From a virus (taxonomy: Duplodnaviria > Caudoviricetes), in IMG/VR virus record IMGVR_UViG_3300009037_000015, positions 1 to 33,728 of that record: 33,728 nucleotides of DNA. One strand, written 5' to 3'. Position numbers and translations under genes: made by a program. Shown piece by piece: positions 17,769 through 25,153 of this stretch (position 1 is its first letter; each line of letters starts with the position of its first letter). Below the pieces are notes generated by a model. The model made no database searches. It had not been told where the DNA came from and saw only the letters and a program-made list of their open reading frames with translations.

Positions 17769-18722
17769 TTAGAGCGAGACTATAGACATTATATCATCCA
17801 AAGTTTTTTTGTCTGTTGCCGTCACAAGTAGATTCATCAGCTCACTTTTTTTGTCTTGTGTAAGTTTGCTCTCTTTGATCGCTTTGTGGAGCTTGCTTCT
17901 GTACTCGCTAAAGCCTTCTGTTGTAGCTGCTATCTCTACCACCTTCACGGCTTCCGCTTCGATCTTTTCAAGCTCTTCTTCTTTGTCATCAAGATCAAAG
18001 ACCATGCTTTCTTGTGCTTCAAAACCTTCGCTACGGTTATCAATCCCAACGGCTTTAGCAGCTTCGATTGAGATTGGAAGGTATTTAATAAGGCGCTTGA
18101 GTACCGTCTTACAAGCCATCTGATCATAATCAGTAACCCAGGGTCCGCTTTGAGCCGATTTGCTTCGCGCTCTTATTTCATCAACCGAATTTTTGCCCAT
18201 AACTTCAAACTGGGTAGCACCATCTTTTAGTTTTGCAACTGCATAAACCAGCTTCATCTTTCCTCTATCACCGTCCCAATTTGGCTTATGCATAAGCTTA
18301 GTTTCAAGACCTAGCACACAATCAAACTCGTCATTTTCGTAAACACAGTGCGCCTCGATTGAAAGAACTTTGTCTGATCTTCTGACAAGTTCAATTAGGC
18401 CGCGATACCCCACCTGAAACTGTGCTTCCATTATGCGCTTTTTGCCATTGAAATAAGGGATAATGTAACACTGCTGCAGTGGTGTAAAAGGCTCTAGTCC
18501 TAGCTGGCTAGCATCCATGAGCGAGCGAAGTAGTGACATTGGGTCACAATCAAGAAGCTTCGCGTCTTTACTTGCTGCCACTGTCGCAAGCTTCACCATT
18601 CTTTCTGCTGTCATATGTTTTGGTAGCACACTTGCAAGCGTACCTTTGCCGCGTTCTAGAATCCCTCTGAGCGTATCAAGCTTAGCTACCGGTGCAGATT
18701 TTTGTATTTGGGTGGTTGTCAT
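17769..18722 (-). CDS. recT: RecT-family ssDNA annealing recombinase
   Basis: 'LPKHMTAERM', 'SQLGLEP...YIIPY', 'QFQVGYRGLIEL', 'GPWVTDYDQMACKTV.KRL.KYLP.S' motifs. Confidence 0.95.
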   Translation of the reverse strand: MTTTQIQKSAPVAKLDTLRGILERGKGTLASVLPKHMTAERMVKLATVAASKDAKLLDCDPMSLLRSLMDASQLGLEPFTPLQQCYIIPYFNGKKRIMEAQFQVGYRGLIELVRRSDKVLSIEAHCVYENDEFDCVLGLETKLMHKPNWDGDRGKMKLVYAVAKLKDGATQFEVMGKNSVDEIRARSKSAQSGPWVTDYDQMACKTVLKRLIKYLPISIEAAKAVGIDNRSEGFEAQESMVFDLDDKEEELEKIEAEAVKVVEIAATTEGFSEYRSKLHKAIKESKLTQDKKSELMNLLVTATDKKTLDDIMSIVSL

Positions 18723-18725
18723 AAG

Positions 18726-19298
18726 TTATGATCCTTTTTTTGCCGCGTTCACGGTTGAAAAATTGATTGATTTTGCTGTAACGATTTTACCGTAACTATC
18801 AAGCTCTGGTTTATGATCGGGATCGCTGAGAAGCTCTTTAAGTTTGGCTTTATCCCAAACGTAGTCAACTTTAATGACATGGGCATTTATACCCAATGGT
18901 CCTAAATCCATTACATCGTTTGACGTGGGTTTATCTGTGTAAATCTCACATCGCTTGCTTTCGCGAATTTTGGCTACCCATTTTTCGCCTTTTTCAAAGT
19001 TCGTGCCGTGTTTCTCAAGTGAAGCGACAACGTAGCCTTTGAGCCGCTCACTTGCTTTTTCAAGGCTCTTCTGCCTTTGAGCCATTTCATCCTTGTAAGC
19101 TTTAAAGCGAGCCGCTTCTGAGTCAAAAACATCAATCATCTGCTTGATGCCATCAACTTTCTTCGCGATATCACCCAGGAGCTCTGACAAGTCGGTTTCG
19201 TCTGAGCTGAGCTGCTCTTCAAATTCAAGTAGTCTGTCTTGGAGTTGCCAAAGTGAAGGCTTTTTAATTCTTTCTTCTATCTCGTTTTCAGTAATCAT
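18726..19298 (-). CDS. Siphovirus gp157/Gam-like coiled-coil protein
   Basis: 'KKVDGI...EAARFK...KSLEK..ERLK.YV...DKAKLKE' pattern, adjacent to recT. ATG 19298 after AAGGA. Confidence 0.7.
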   Translation of the reverse strand: MITENEIEERIKKPSLWQLQDRLLEFEEQLSSDETDLSELLGDIAKKVDGIKQMIDVFDSEAARFKAYKDEMAQRQKSLEKASERLKGYVVASLEKHGTNFEKGEKWVAKIRESKRCEIYTDKPTSNDVMDLGPLGINAHVIKVDYVWDKAKLKELLSDPDHKPELDSYGKIVTAKSINFSTVNAAKKGS

Positions 19299-19335
19299 TT
19301 TCGTTCCTTTGTTCCAATAGTTAGTTGAGAAAAGA

Positions 19336-19364
19336 AACATACAGCGGTATGTCTTATAAATCAA
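19336..19364 (-). promoter_or_regulatory. Promoter with overlapping palindromic operator for gp157-recT
   Basis: TTGATT-17 bp-TATGTT. ACATAC-N4-GTATGT at 19337-19352. Confidence 0.5.
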
Positions 19365-19383
19365 GCTTTATCTCATATCCATT

Positions 19384-19410
19384 AAAAACACCCATGAGAT
19401 GGGTGATTTT
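19384..19410. terminator. Intrinsic terminator
   Basis: AAAAA-CACCCAT-gag-ATGGGTG-ATTTT. Confidence 0.65.
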
Positions 19411-19425
19411 ACTCAACTTAGAGTG

Positions 19426-19587
19426 TCATTTATTTTCCTTTAAAGCGTTACTAAGTGCTCTCGCCTGGGGGCCAGGCACTTGTCGTAGCTTCCTATCTAA
19501 CTCTGCTAACTCCTCCTCGCTCATATCGATAATGTGATCAGCAAGAGTCGCTAATTTGAGAACGAGATATTCTTGGTATGGGGTCAT
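19426..19587 (-). CDS. Small hypothetical protein, 53 aa (not in ORF track)
   Basis: MTPYQEYLVLKLATLADH...ALKENK*. ATGA-coupled to the initiator gene, GGAGG SD. Confidence 0.6.
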   Translation of the reverse strand: MTPYQEYLVLKLATLADHIIDMSEEELAELDRKLRQVPGPQARALSNALKENK

Positions 19588-20537
19588 TTATCCTCCTTTA
19601 ATTTTTCCAAAGCTTCATTAAAAAAACTCATGGTCCTTTTTATTGACCAAGGGAAACTTCCGCAAAGATCCTCTTTCATCAAATCAGTATAAAGTCGGTT
19701 TATCGCCTTTACTGCCATCTTGCCATGTTTGCCTATTAATTCATCAGTTAGTGCTAAAATGGTATTGCGATGAACAAAGCTTTTTAGTTCAGGTCTTGGA
19801 GTGAATAGTAGGACCATTTTGTTATGAGCCGGTGTAACTATCGGTTTATCTATTTTCGGCGATTTTACGGCCTGAAATTCATTTTCAAAGGGTGTTTTGT
19901 TCGGGATAGTTTCCCCCCCAAGTGATAACTTTACTTCCCCCCCAAGTGATAACTTTTTTTCCCCTGAAACTAAAGAATCATCAAAATTAATAACGCGTGT
20001 GTCTTTTTGTCGTGGGCTTGGGCTACGCCCTACACGCGCATTTTTGGTCTTCTCATTTTTTTCTTCTTCGCTGCGCTCGGCTTCCGAATCAGGATCATTA
20101 AATAAAGGAAGATTACTAGCCGTCTCGCGGCCATCGATGGTCGGGAAACGGCTATCCACAACATGACGCATAGTATTCTTTTCAACATAGCAGTTAAAAA
20201 GATAGTCAGTTATCGAATACGTGTTTTCAGTTTTGAAGCCGCGAAGATCAAAATTATTTTCTAAGTAAAGGTAGCCTTTATCAACAAGACTTTTGATTGC
20301 TACCTTGATGGCCGTTTTTTTGAACTTGATCGATTCTGATATCTGATTAAGGCTTATTGTTACTTTAGAATGTAGTATGTTTTTGAAGTTGAGTTGACCC
20401 CCCAAGAAAATTAAAATTGCCGTCTCGATGCCAGTAAGATCATCCATGGCATAAATTGCATCGAGGTTTCTACCTCCATGGAAGGGATCAATTATTTTTG
20501 ATTTTTGTGGAGTGTTCTTAGATATTTCCATTTTCAC
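19584..20537 (-). CDS. HTH replication initiator (lambda O/DnaD-like organisation)
   Basis: N-terminal wHTH ('ISLNQISESIKFKKTAIKVAIKSLVDKGYL...N.YSI'), then a low-complexity linker carrying DNA repeats. Confidence 0.7.
   Translation of the reverse strand: MKMEISKNTPQKSKIIDPFHGGRNLDAIYAMDDLTGIETAILIFLGGQLNFKNILHSKVTISLNQISESIKFKKTAIKVAIKSLVDKGYLYLENNFDLRGFKTENTYSITDYLFNCYVEKNTMRHVVDSRFPTIDGRETASNLPLFNDPDSEAERSEEEKNEKTKNARVGRSPSPRQKDTRVINFDDSLVSGEKKLSLGGEVKLSLGGETIPNKTPFENEFQAVKSPKIDKPIVTPAHNKMVLLFTPRPELKSFVHRNTILALTDELIGKHGKMAVKAINRLYTDLMKEDLCGSFPWSIKRTMSFFNEALEKLKEDK
19911..19956. repeat. 22-bp direct repeat, two copies (iteron-like)
   Basis: TTCCCCCCCAAGTGATAACTTT at 19911 and 19935, with a partial third copy at 19959. 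Confidence 0.85.
20117..20154. repeat. 38-bp imperfect palindrome (probable origin element)
   Basis: TAGCCGTCTCGCGGCCATCGATGGTCGGGAAACGGCTA, 16 of 19 pairs complementary. Confidence 0.75.
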
Positions 20538-20624
20538 CCTTCTTTAAGAGCAAAAATGGTGATTAAAACTGTTGCTTTTTGAGCCGGTATGTTTTAAATC
20601 CATTTTTGCTATATTTTGTTTTTT

Positions 20625-20662
20625 AAAAAAGCAGCTAACTACCAGGAAAGCTGCTTTTTTTT
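20625..20662. terminator. Bidirectional terminator upstream of the initiator gene
   Basis: AAAAAAGCAGCT-N12-AGCTGCTTTTTT. Confidence 0.7.
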
Positions 20663-20737
20663 ATGTTAATCGTCCAAACTTATTAAACCCCTCAAATAAT
20701 AATTTCAAGTTAAACCTAACAATTTCATTTAGTAAAA

Positions 20738-21031
20738 CTAAACTCCCTCTATGCTGCTTAAAAAACTAGCAGTAAGAGAGTGATGATTGTACGTAGTGCC
20801 TTTTTTTTCTACAGTTACAAAAGACAACAAGCCCTTACTTCTTAGGTCTGAAATTATAATTTCGGCCACTGAGTTACTAAGCCCAGCGGCGTCGGAAATG
20901 AATCGTTCATCAATTCTATCACGACCGCCGTCGCCAAAAATGTTGACGGCGAGAAGAATCATCCTTTCAGCGGTTGAAAGGTTCATCTTAATAATATGTT
21001 TACTTATCGTTCGGATGTTAGAGCATCTCAT
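20738..21031 (-). CDS. Small winged-HTH protein
   Basis: 'LSTAERMILL...ISDAAGLS......IISDLRSKGLL' pattern. Confidence 0.7.
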   Translation of the reverse strand: MRCSNIRTISKHIIKMNLSTAERMILLAVNIFGDGGRDRIDERFISDAAGLSNSVAEIIISDLRSKGLLSFVTVEKKGTTYNHHSLTASFLSSIEGV

Positions 21032-21207
21032 TGGTTAACGTCACCCACTTTTAAAGGGATACCCTTTTTTTTAAGCTCGATCATGATTTTAGTACGTATA
21101 AAATCGCTTCTATTCGGCACGATTTTAGCTAACTCATTCCAGTGCCGTTCATCAACCCAGACAGTAACCCGCTTTATATTTTCGACGTTTACAAGTATTC
21201 TTGGCAT
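21028..21207 (-). CDS. Ribbon-helix-helix (Arc/CopG-like) regulator, 59 aa (not in ORF track)
   Basis: MPRILVNVENIKRVTVWVDERHWNELAKIVPNRSDFIRTKIMIEL. AAGGA SD and ATGA overlap with the next gene. Confidence 0.7.
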   Translation of the reverse strand: MPRILVNVENIKRVTVWVDERHWNELAKIVPNRSDFIRTKIMIELKKKGIPLKVGDVNQ

Positions 21208-21279
21208 TTTTTTCTTTCCTTTTTTTAAACATACATGTACTTAATAAACAGCTTTAACCAAAAATGAAAGAGGAATATT

Positions 21280-21522
21280 ATGGACCCATTTGAAACTGTC
21301 GAAGATTTACAAGATGCAATCGCTGATCAAGCAGAAGCCATTGAAGCTAAAAAAGAAAAGCGCGAAAAACAAAAGTTTTTTGTTGTTAAAGTCGAAACCA
21401 TTTTTGAGTCGCAAAAAGAGCTGCGAGAATGGTTAGAGAAAAACGAAGAAACTGCAAAAGACTATAGAATTGTTAAAGGTTCCGAAGTTTTAGCTAAAAA
21501 GAAAGTCGCTTTTTATTTTTAA
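21280..21522 (+). CDS. Hypothetical protein
   Basis: 80 aa, GAGG SD, divergent from the RHH gene. Confidence 0.7.
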   Translation: MDPFETVEDLQDAIADQAEAIEAKKEKREKQKFFVVKVETIFESQKELREWLEKNEETAKDYRIVKGSEVLAKKKVAFYF

Positions 21523-21559
21523 GCTTGCAATTAAAAAACCGCGATAGTATATCCAGAAC

Positions 21560-21619
21560 TGACGTGTATGTCTCTTAAGTTTTTTAATGGGAAACTTTGG
21601 TGGGGAGGCATACAGGTCA
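21560..21619 (+). ncRNA. Candidate structured leader or sRNA
   Basis: 15-bp stem 21560-21574 / 21605-21619 with an inner AAGTTT/AAACTT stem and G·U pairs on the + strand. Confidence 0.4.
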
Positions 21620-21641
21620 ACCAGTGACAAAACCAAAAAAC

Positions 21642-21860
21642 ATGGAAAATATGAAAAGAGAAAATCGGCGCTTAATTGTGCAAGGTTATCACTATGACTA
21701 CATCAAAAAACGGCTGATAGAAGGTCGTGATCGGTATGGCTCTTTGAGACAACTTGGCTTTGCGCTTGGAATATCAAGTTCAACCGTCCATCGCTGGTAT
21801 AACAATGACACAAAAATGGGGACAAAATGGGTAGAATCATTAGAAAAGTTGCTGCAATAA
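21642..21860 (+). CDS. Cro/XRE-like HTH regulator
   Basis: 'GSLRQLGFALGISSSTVHRW' HTH. Start at ATG 21642 or 21651 rather than TTG 21597. Confidence 0.75.
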   Translation: MENMKRENRRLIVQGYHYDYIKKRLIEGRDRYGSLRQLGFALGISSSTVHRWYNNDTKMGTKWVESLEKLLQ

Positions 21861-22387
21861 GTTTGGCTTTAAGCCTTTTATCGTGCGGTAAAACAGAAAA
21901 AGTTGAGGGAATCAAAGGGCCTGACGGCGAGAGAGGCGAGAGAGGTCCACAAGGCGAGCCAGGAACATCAGGAAACGGTAGCAGCTATCCAGCTCCCTAC
22001 CCAACTTATACGCCTAACCCATATCCTAATCCAAACGGCGGCGGCAATGGATCAAGTGATAGAAACCTGCCACCAACTAATCCATACCCGCCGGTTATCA
22101 TCGTGCTGCCCACCCAAGAATGTAACCGTTCGATATGCCCTCAAGGTACGATGTTAGTTTGTGCTTGCATAGAGTCATCATGGCAAACTGTTTCGATCCT
22201 TCCAAGCGATCAACCTAAATTTAGGATAAGAAATTTTGGCCGCTGTGAAGACTATAATAGACAGTTAGGAGTGAGCGATTGCATATGGTGGCCGCGTACC
22301 CAGCCGCAACCTCAGCCGACATATTACCCAATGCCGCCGATTCCTAACCCAACTATTACGATATTTCCGCGTCCTAACCAGTGTTAA
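21827..22387 (+). CDS. Lipoprotein with short collagen-like repeat and Pro/Cys-rich domain
   Basis: Lipobox LLS-C20, about seven G-X-Y triplets, six further Cys. Confidence 0.75.
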   Translation: MGRIIRKVAAISLALSLLSCGKTEKVEGIKGPDGERGERGPQGEPGTSGNGSSYPAPYPTYTPNPYPNPNGGGNGSSDRNLPPTNPYPPVIIVLPTQECNRSICPQGTMLVCACIESSWQTVSILPSDQPKFRIRNFGRCEDYNRQLGVSDCIWWPRTQPQPQPTYYPMPPIPNPTITIFPRPNQC

Positions 22388-22403
22388 AAAAAGGATTACA
22401 ACA

Positions 22404-23021
22404 ATGAAGGTCATTATCAACACAATCATAGTTATAGCAATTTTCGCTTTTTATATCGCCGTTGGATTAGAATCGGAAAATGCTCGCGGCGCTGAAGGTC
22501 CACAAAATAAGATCTCTGACGTGCCAGAAGGTTACAAACTGGTTAAAAAAGAGGCAGTTTGTACCCTTCCTGACCCTTGTGCTAAAGAAAAAGCTGAGCT
22601 CAAAAGACTTAGAGCAGAAAACGAAAAGCTTAAGGCGCGGGTATCTCTATTAGAAGACGATGCTGAGATGAAACAAGAATGTCCGAAGCAGGAAGTAAAA
22701 ACAGTTTATAAAGATAGGATCAAAGAAGTTGAAAGACCCGTGGAAAAAGTAGTCGAGAAGGTAGTCGAGAAGGTTGTTGAAAAGACCATACCCGCGCCGC
22801 GCTCCATTGCAATTGGCGGGATGCTTGCTTACTCGCAAGACGGTATTGAAACAAGCTCAAATAAGACCGATGAATACGCGGAAGACGCGGCAACATATCG
22901 CTCTGTGATCGGCGGGCCGTATATAACTATACCGATTGGCGAGCGTTTTGAAATTGGCGCGTTTGGGATGTTTGGCGGCGTTAATCAAACAATCGGCGGG
23001 AAGATAGGGATTTCACTATAA
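22404..23021 (+). CDS. Envelope protein: N-terminal signal/TM, coiled coil, VEKV repeats, C-terminal amphipathic beta strands
   Basis: Seen directly in the translation. Ends ...FEIGAFGMFGGVNQTIGGKIGISL. Confidence 0.65.
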   Translation: MKVIINTIIVIAIFAFYIAVGLESENARGAEGPQNKISDVPEGYKLVKKEAVCTLPDPCAKEKAELKRLRAENEKLKARVSLLEDDAEMKQECPKQEVKTVYKDRIKEVERPVEKVVEKVVEKVVEKTIPAPRSIAIGGMLAYSQDGIETSSNKTDEYAEDAATYRSVIGGPYITIPIGERFEIGAFGMFGGVNQTIGGKIGISL

Positions 23022-23200
23022 TGGATAATAAAGAAAAAGAAGGGTTAAAATCCTATGTAAATAGCCTTTGCTCCAAAGTGCTTGAAAAGCGAACCGCTGA
23101 ATTTGACGATACCATATCGGATAAAACAGCTACCCATGAGCATAAGACGCAATCTTTAGTTGACATCTTAATGGAGGCGACAAAGCCTAATGAAAGCTAA
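23021..23200 (+). CDS. 59 aa mini-paralogue of the 16.1-16.8 kb pair (not in ORF track)
   Basis: TAATG-coupled. MDNKEKEGLKSYVNSLCSKVLEKRTAEFDDTISDKTATHEHKTQSLVDILMEATKPNES*. Confidence 0.65.
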   Translation: MDNKEKEGLKSYVNSLCSKVLEKRTAEFDDTISDKTATHEHKTQSLVDILMEATKPNES

Positions 23201-23387
23201 AATTGTAATTGATATGCCTGATGGGTGTGGTGATTGCCGCTTTTACGGACTTACTGGGTGGATAGGCTCATGCCTTGCATTAGAACCGCCTTTATGTTTT
23301 GCTGAAGAGTGTGACGCTGATAATACTGATAGACTTAGAGCTTGCCCATTGATCCCAATAGTAGAAGAAAATAATGAGAACGCATGA
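23190..23387 (+). CDS. Small Cys-rich phage protein
   Basis: 'MKAKIVIDMP..C..C.F...C...CPL' pattern, GGAGG SD. Confidence 0.7.
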   Translation: MKAKIVIDMPDGCGDCRFYGLTGWIGSCLALEPPLCFAEECDADNTDRLRACPLIPIVEENNENA

Positions 23388-23556
23388 AGAAATAGAGGCT
23401 AAAATAGAAGAGTTGAAATTAAGAGAAAAAACTAATGCCGATAAAACTGATAGGAAAGATTTTAAACTTGTCCACCATTATACTGCCTCTCTTTTAGAAG
23501 TATTAAAACAATGGCTATTGGAGGATGAAGAAAATGCTCCCAACGAACCAATGTAA
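23374..23556 (+). CDS. Hypothetical protein
   Basis: 60 aa, 'MRT.EEIEAKIEEL...L.WLL' pattern. Confidence 0.65.
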   Translation: MRTHEEIEAKIEELKLREKTNADKTDRKDFKLVHHYTASLLEVLKQWLLEDEENAPNEPM

Positions 23557-23776
23557 AGCTTGCGGTGAAACCACAAGGATGATTAGAGTCGGTTTCGTAG
23601 TGTTTCAAGGCTACCTATGCGAAGCTTGTCACACGTACAATCGCAAAGATGGAAAGCTTAAAAAAGTTGTTGAGATAAGCGAGAAAGGAAAGCATATGCT
23701 TTTTGAATATCATTTAACTTTTGCGAAGCCGGAAAAGAAGAAAAGAGCTAGGAAAAAAACTACAAAAACTATATAA
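23525..23776 (+). CDS. Zinc-ribbon protein
   Basis: CKAC...CEAC, basic tail, GGAGG SD. Confidence 0.65.
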   Translation: MKKMLPTNQCKACGETTRMIRVGFVVFQGYLCEACHTYNRKDGKLKKVVEISEKGKHMLFEYHLTFAKPEKKKRARKKTTKTI

Positions 23777-23781
23777 CCAAA

Positions 23782-23900
23782 AGTTCATGATTTTGACTAT
23801 TCTTAATATCCCAACTCTGCAAAAACCCTACCCAGTTCACACATGCGATCGCAAATTTCAATTTTAAGGATAGTCAAAATTATGACCTATTTTTTGGGAT
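23782..23900 (+). ncRNA. Candidate structured RNA (25-bp stem, possible pseudoknot)
   Basis: Arms 23782-23806 and 23864-23888: 22/25 Watson-Crick plus two G·U on the + strand. Confidence 0.45.
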
Positions 23901-23904
23901 TTGA

Positions 23905-24174
23905 CTAATCTTTTTTGTTCTTATCATGCTGGCATTGCCAACACTGCTTTTTAATGCCCTCTATTTCTCTTTGCATGTAGTCGAGCATCGTCGATTTTAC
24001 CGCCACGGTTTCTTTAACTTCTGCGAGCTCCCTGATAAATGCGTCGATCTTTTTCATCATATCGGCAACAGCTTCTCTGAGAGTCGTTTTAATAGAAGAC
24101 ATGAGAAAATAGATAAGGCCAGCTAGTCCGCCGCCTACTAATGATATCAAAGCCACTATCGCTTGGTCTGTCAT
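23905..24174 (-). CDS. Single-TM plus coiled-coil protein (holin-like)
   Basis: MTDQAIVALISLVGGGLAGLIYFLM, then coiled coil. GGGG SD before ATG 24174. Last gene of the leftward block. Confidence 0.55.
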   Translation of the reverse strand: MTDQAIVALISLVGGGLAGLIYFLMSSIKTTLREAVADMMKKIDAFIRELAEVKETVAVKSTMLDYMQREIEGIKKQCWQCQHDKNKKD

Positions 24175-24203
24175 TTTGTCCCCACCATTTGTTGCATACA
24201 ACC

Positions 24204-24253
24204 ATTTTACCACAAAAGCAAGTTAACGCCGTAACTTCTTTCCATGCTAAAAT
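24204..24253. promoter_or_regulatory. Back-to-back extended -10 promoters
   Basis: TGgTAAAAT on minus (24204-24212) and TGcTAAAAT on plus (24245-24253), with AAGTTA-N6-TAACTT between them. Confidence 0.5.
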
Positions 24254-24286
24254 TTACTATCAACAAAAAAAGGGGAGAAAAAAATA

Positions 24287-25153
24287 ATGAAACGATTTTT
24301 ATTGGGTCTCGCTATGCTTGGCGTCGGTTGTTCTATTGATTCTGGCACTACAGAAGGGAAAGAAAGAGCAAGTCAAGAGCAAACGTTTGCTTCTTTTTTG
24401 CCAGAAAATGACTTTTATAAAACAAAAAGATACTATGCTGCTGGCGAAGTTACGGAAGAGGATTTTAATCTTGTTATAGAAGCAGGAATTGAAATATATC
24501 AGCCAATTTTAGAAGGATTAGGATTAAATTTATCGATTGAAGGTGACTATGAAGACGAAACGGTCAATGCATATTGTAGCCGTGACGGTAACGACGTTAT
24601 GGTTCGAATGTTCGGCGGGCTTGCAAAGCAGCCTCTTATGACCGTGGAAGGTTTCGCAATGGTAGTATGCCATGAGCTCGGTCATGCAGTTGCAGGAATA
24701 CCAGTTTATAAGAATAATTCTTGGGCCGCCGTTGAAGGTCAATCCGACTATTTTGCAACCGCTGCCTGTGCTCGAAAAATGTTTGATCCAAGTAGCCCAG
24801 TAGCGTACAGAGTGGTTGATTTAATGAGACGTAAGTCTCCAAAACAGCCTACAAACTGCCTTGTGTATCGTGGTGCTGATAAAACAGTTTGTGAGTTATC
24901 ACTTTCCGGCGGTTTGTCCCTTGGTAGCGTTCTTGCTGATTTGAACGATGAACCAACGCCGCGCTATGAAACGCCAAGTAAAGTTGTGGTTAAAAAGACG
25001 ATGGAGGCTCATCCTCCTGCACAATGTCGTTTAGACAGTTATAAGGCCGGTGCGCTGTGCAATAAAGAGTGGAATGATTCGATTATTCCAAGCTCAAAAG
25101 CGCAAGAGTCAGCTGTTAACTGCGAGCGCCCTAAGTGCTGGTATAAGAGCTAG
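24287..25153 (+). CDS. Lipoprotein zinc metallopeptidase (HExxH)
   Basis: Lipobox GVG-C15. 'VNAY', 'HELGH', 'EGQSDYFA' and 'HP...CR' give an M48-like layout. Many Cys. Confidence 0.8.
   Translation: MKRFLLGLAMLGVGCSIDSGTTEGKERASQEQTFASFLPENDFYKTKRYYAAGEVTEEDFNLVIEAGIEIYQPILEGLGLNLSIEGDYEDETVNAYCSRDGNDVMVRMFGGLAKQPLMTVEGFAMVVCHELGHAVAGIPVYKNNSWAAVEGQSDYFATAACARKMFDPSSPVAYRVVDLMRRKSPKQPTNCLVYRGADKTVCELSLSGGLSLGSVLADLNDEPTPRYETPSKVVVKKTMEAHPPAQCRLDSYKAGALCNKEWNDSIIPSSKAQESAVNCERPKCWYKS

Noticed and set aside
17494-21610. 11-mer GTGGGGAGGCA shared by two intergenic structures (17494-17504 minus, 21600-21610 plus)
   Set aside because: 11-mer matches are expected by chance in 34 kb.
22739-22783. 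GTAGTCGAGAAG-type tandem repeats
   Set aside because: They simply encode the VEKV peptide repeat.
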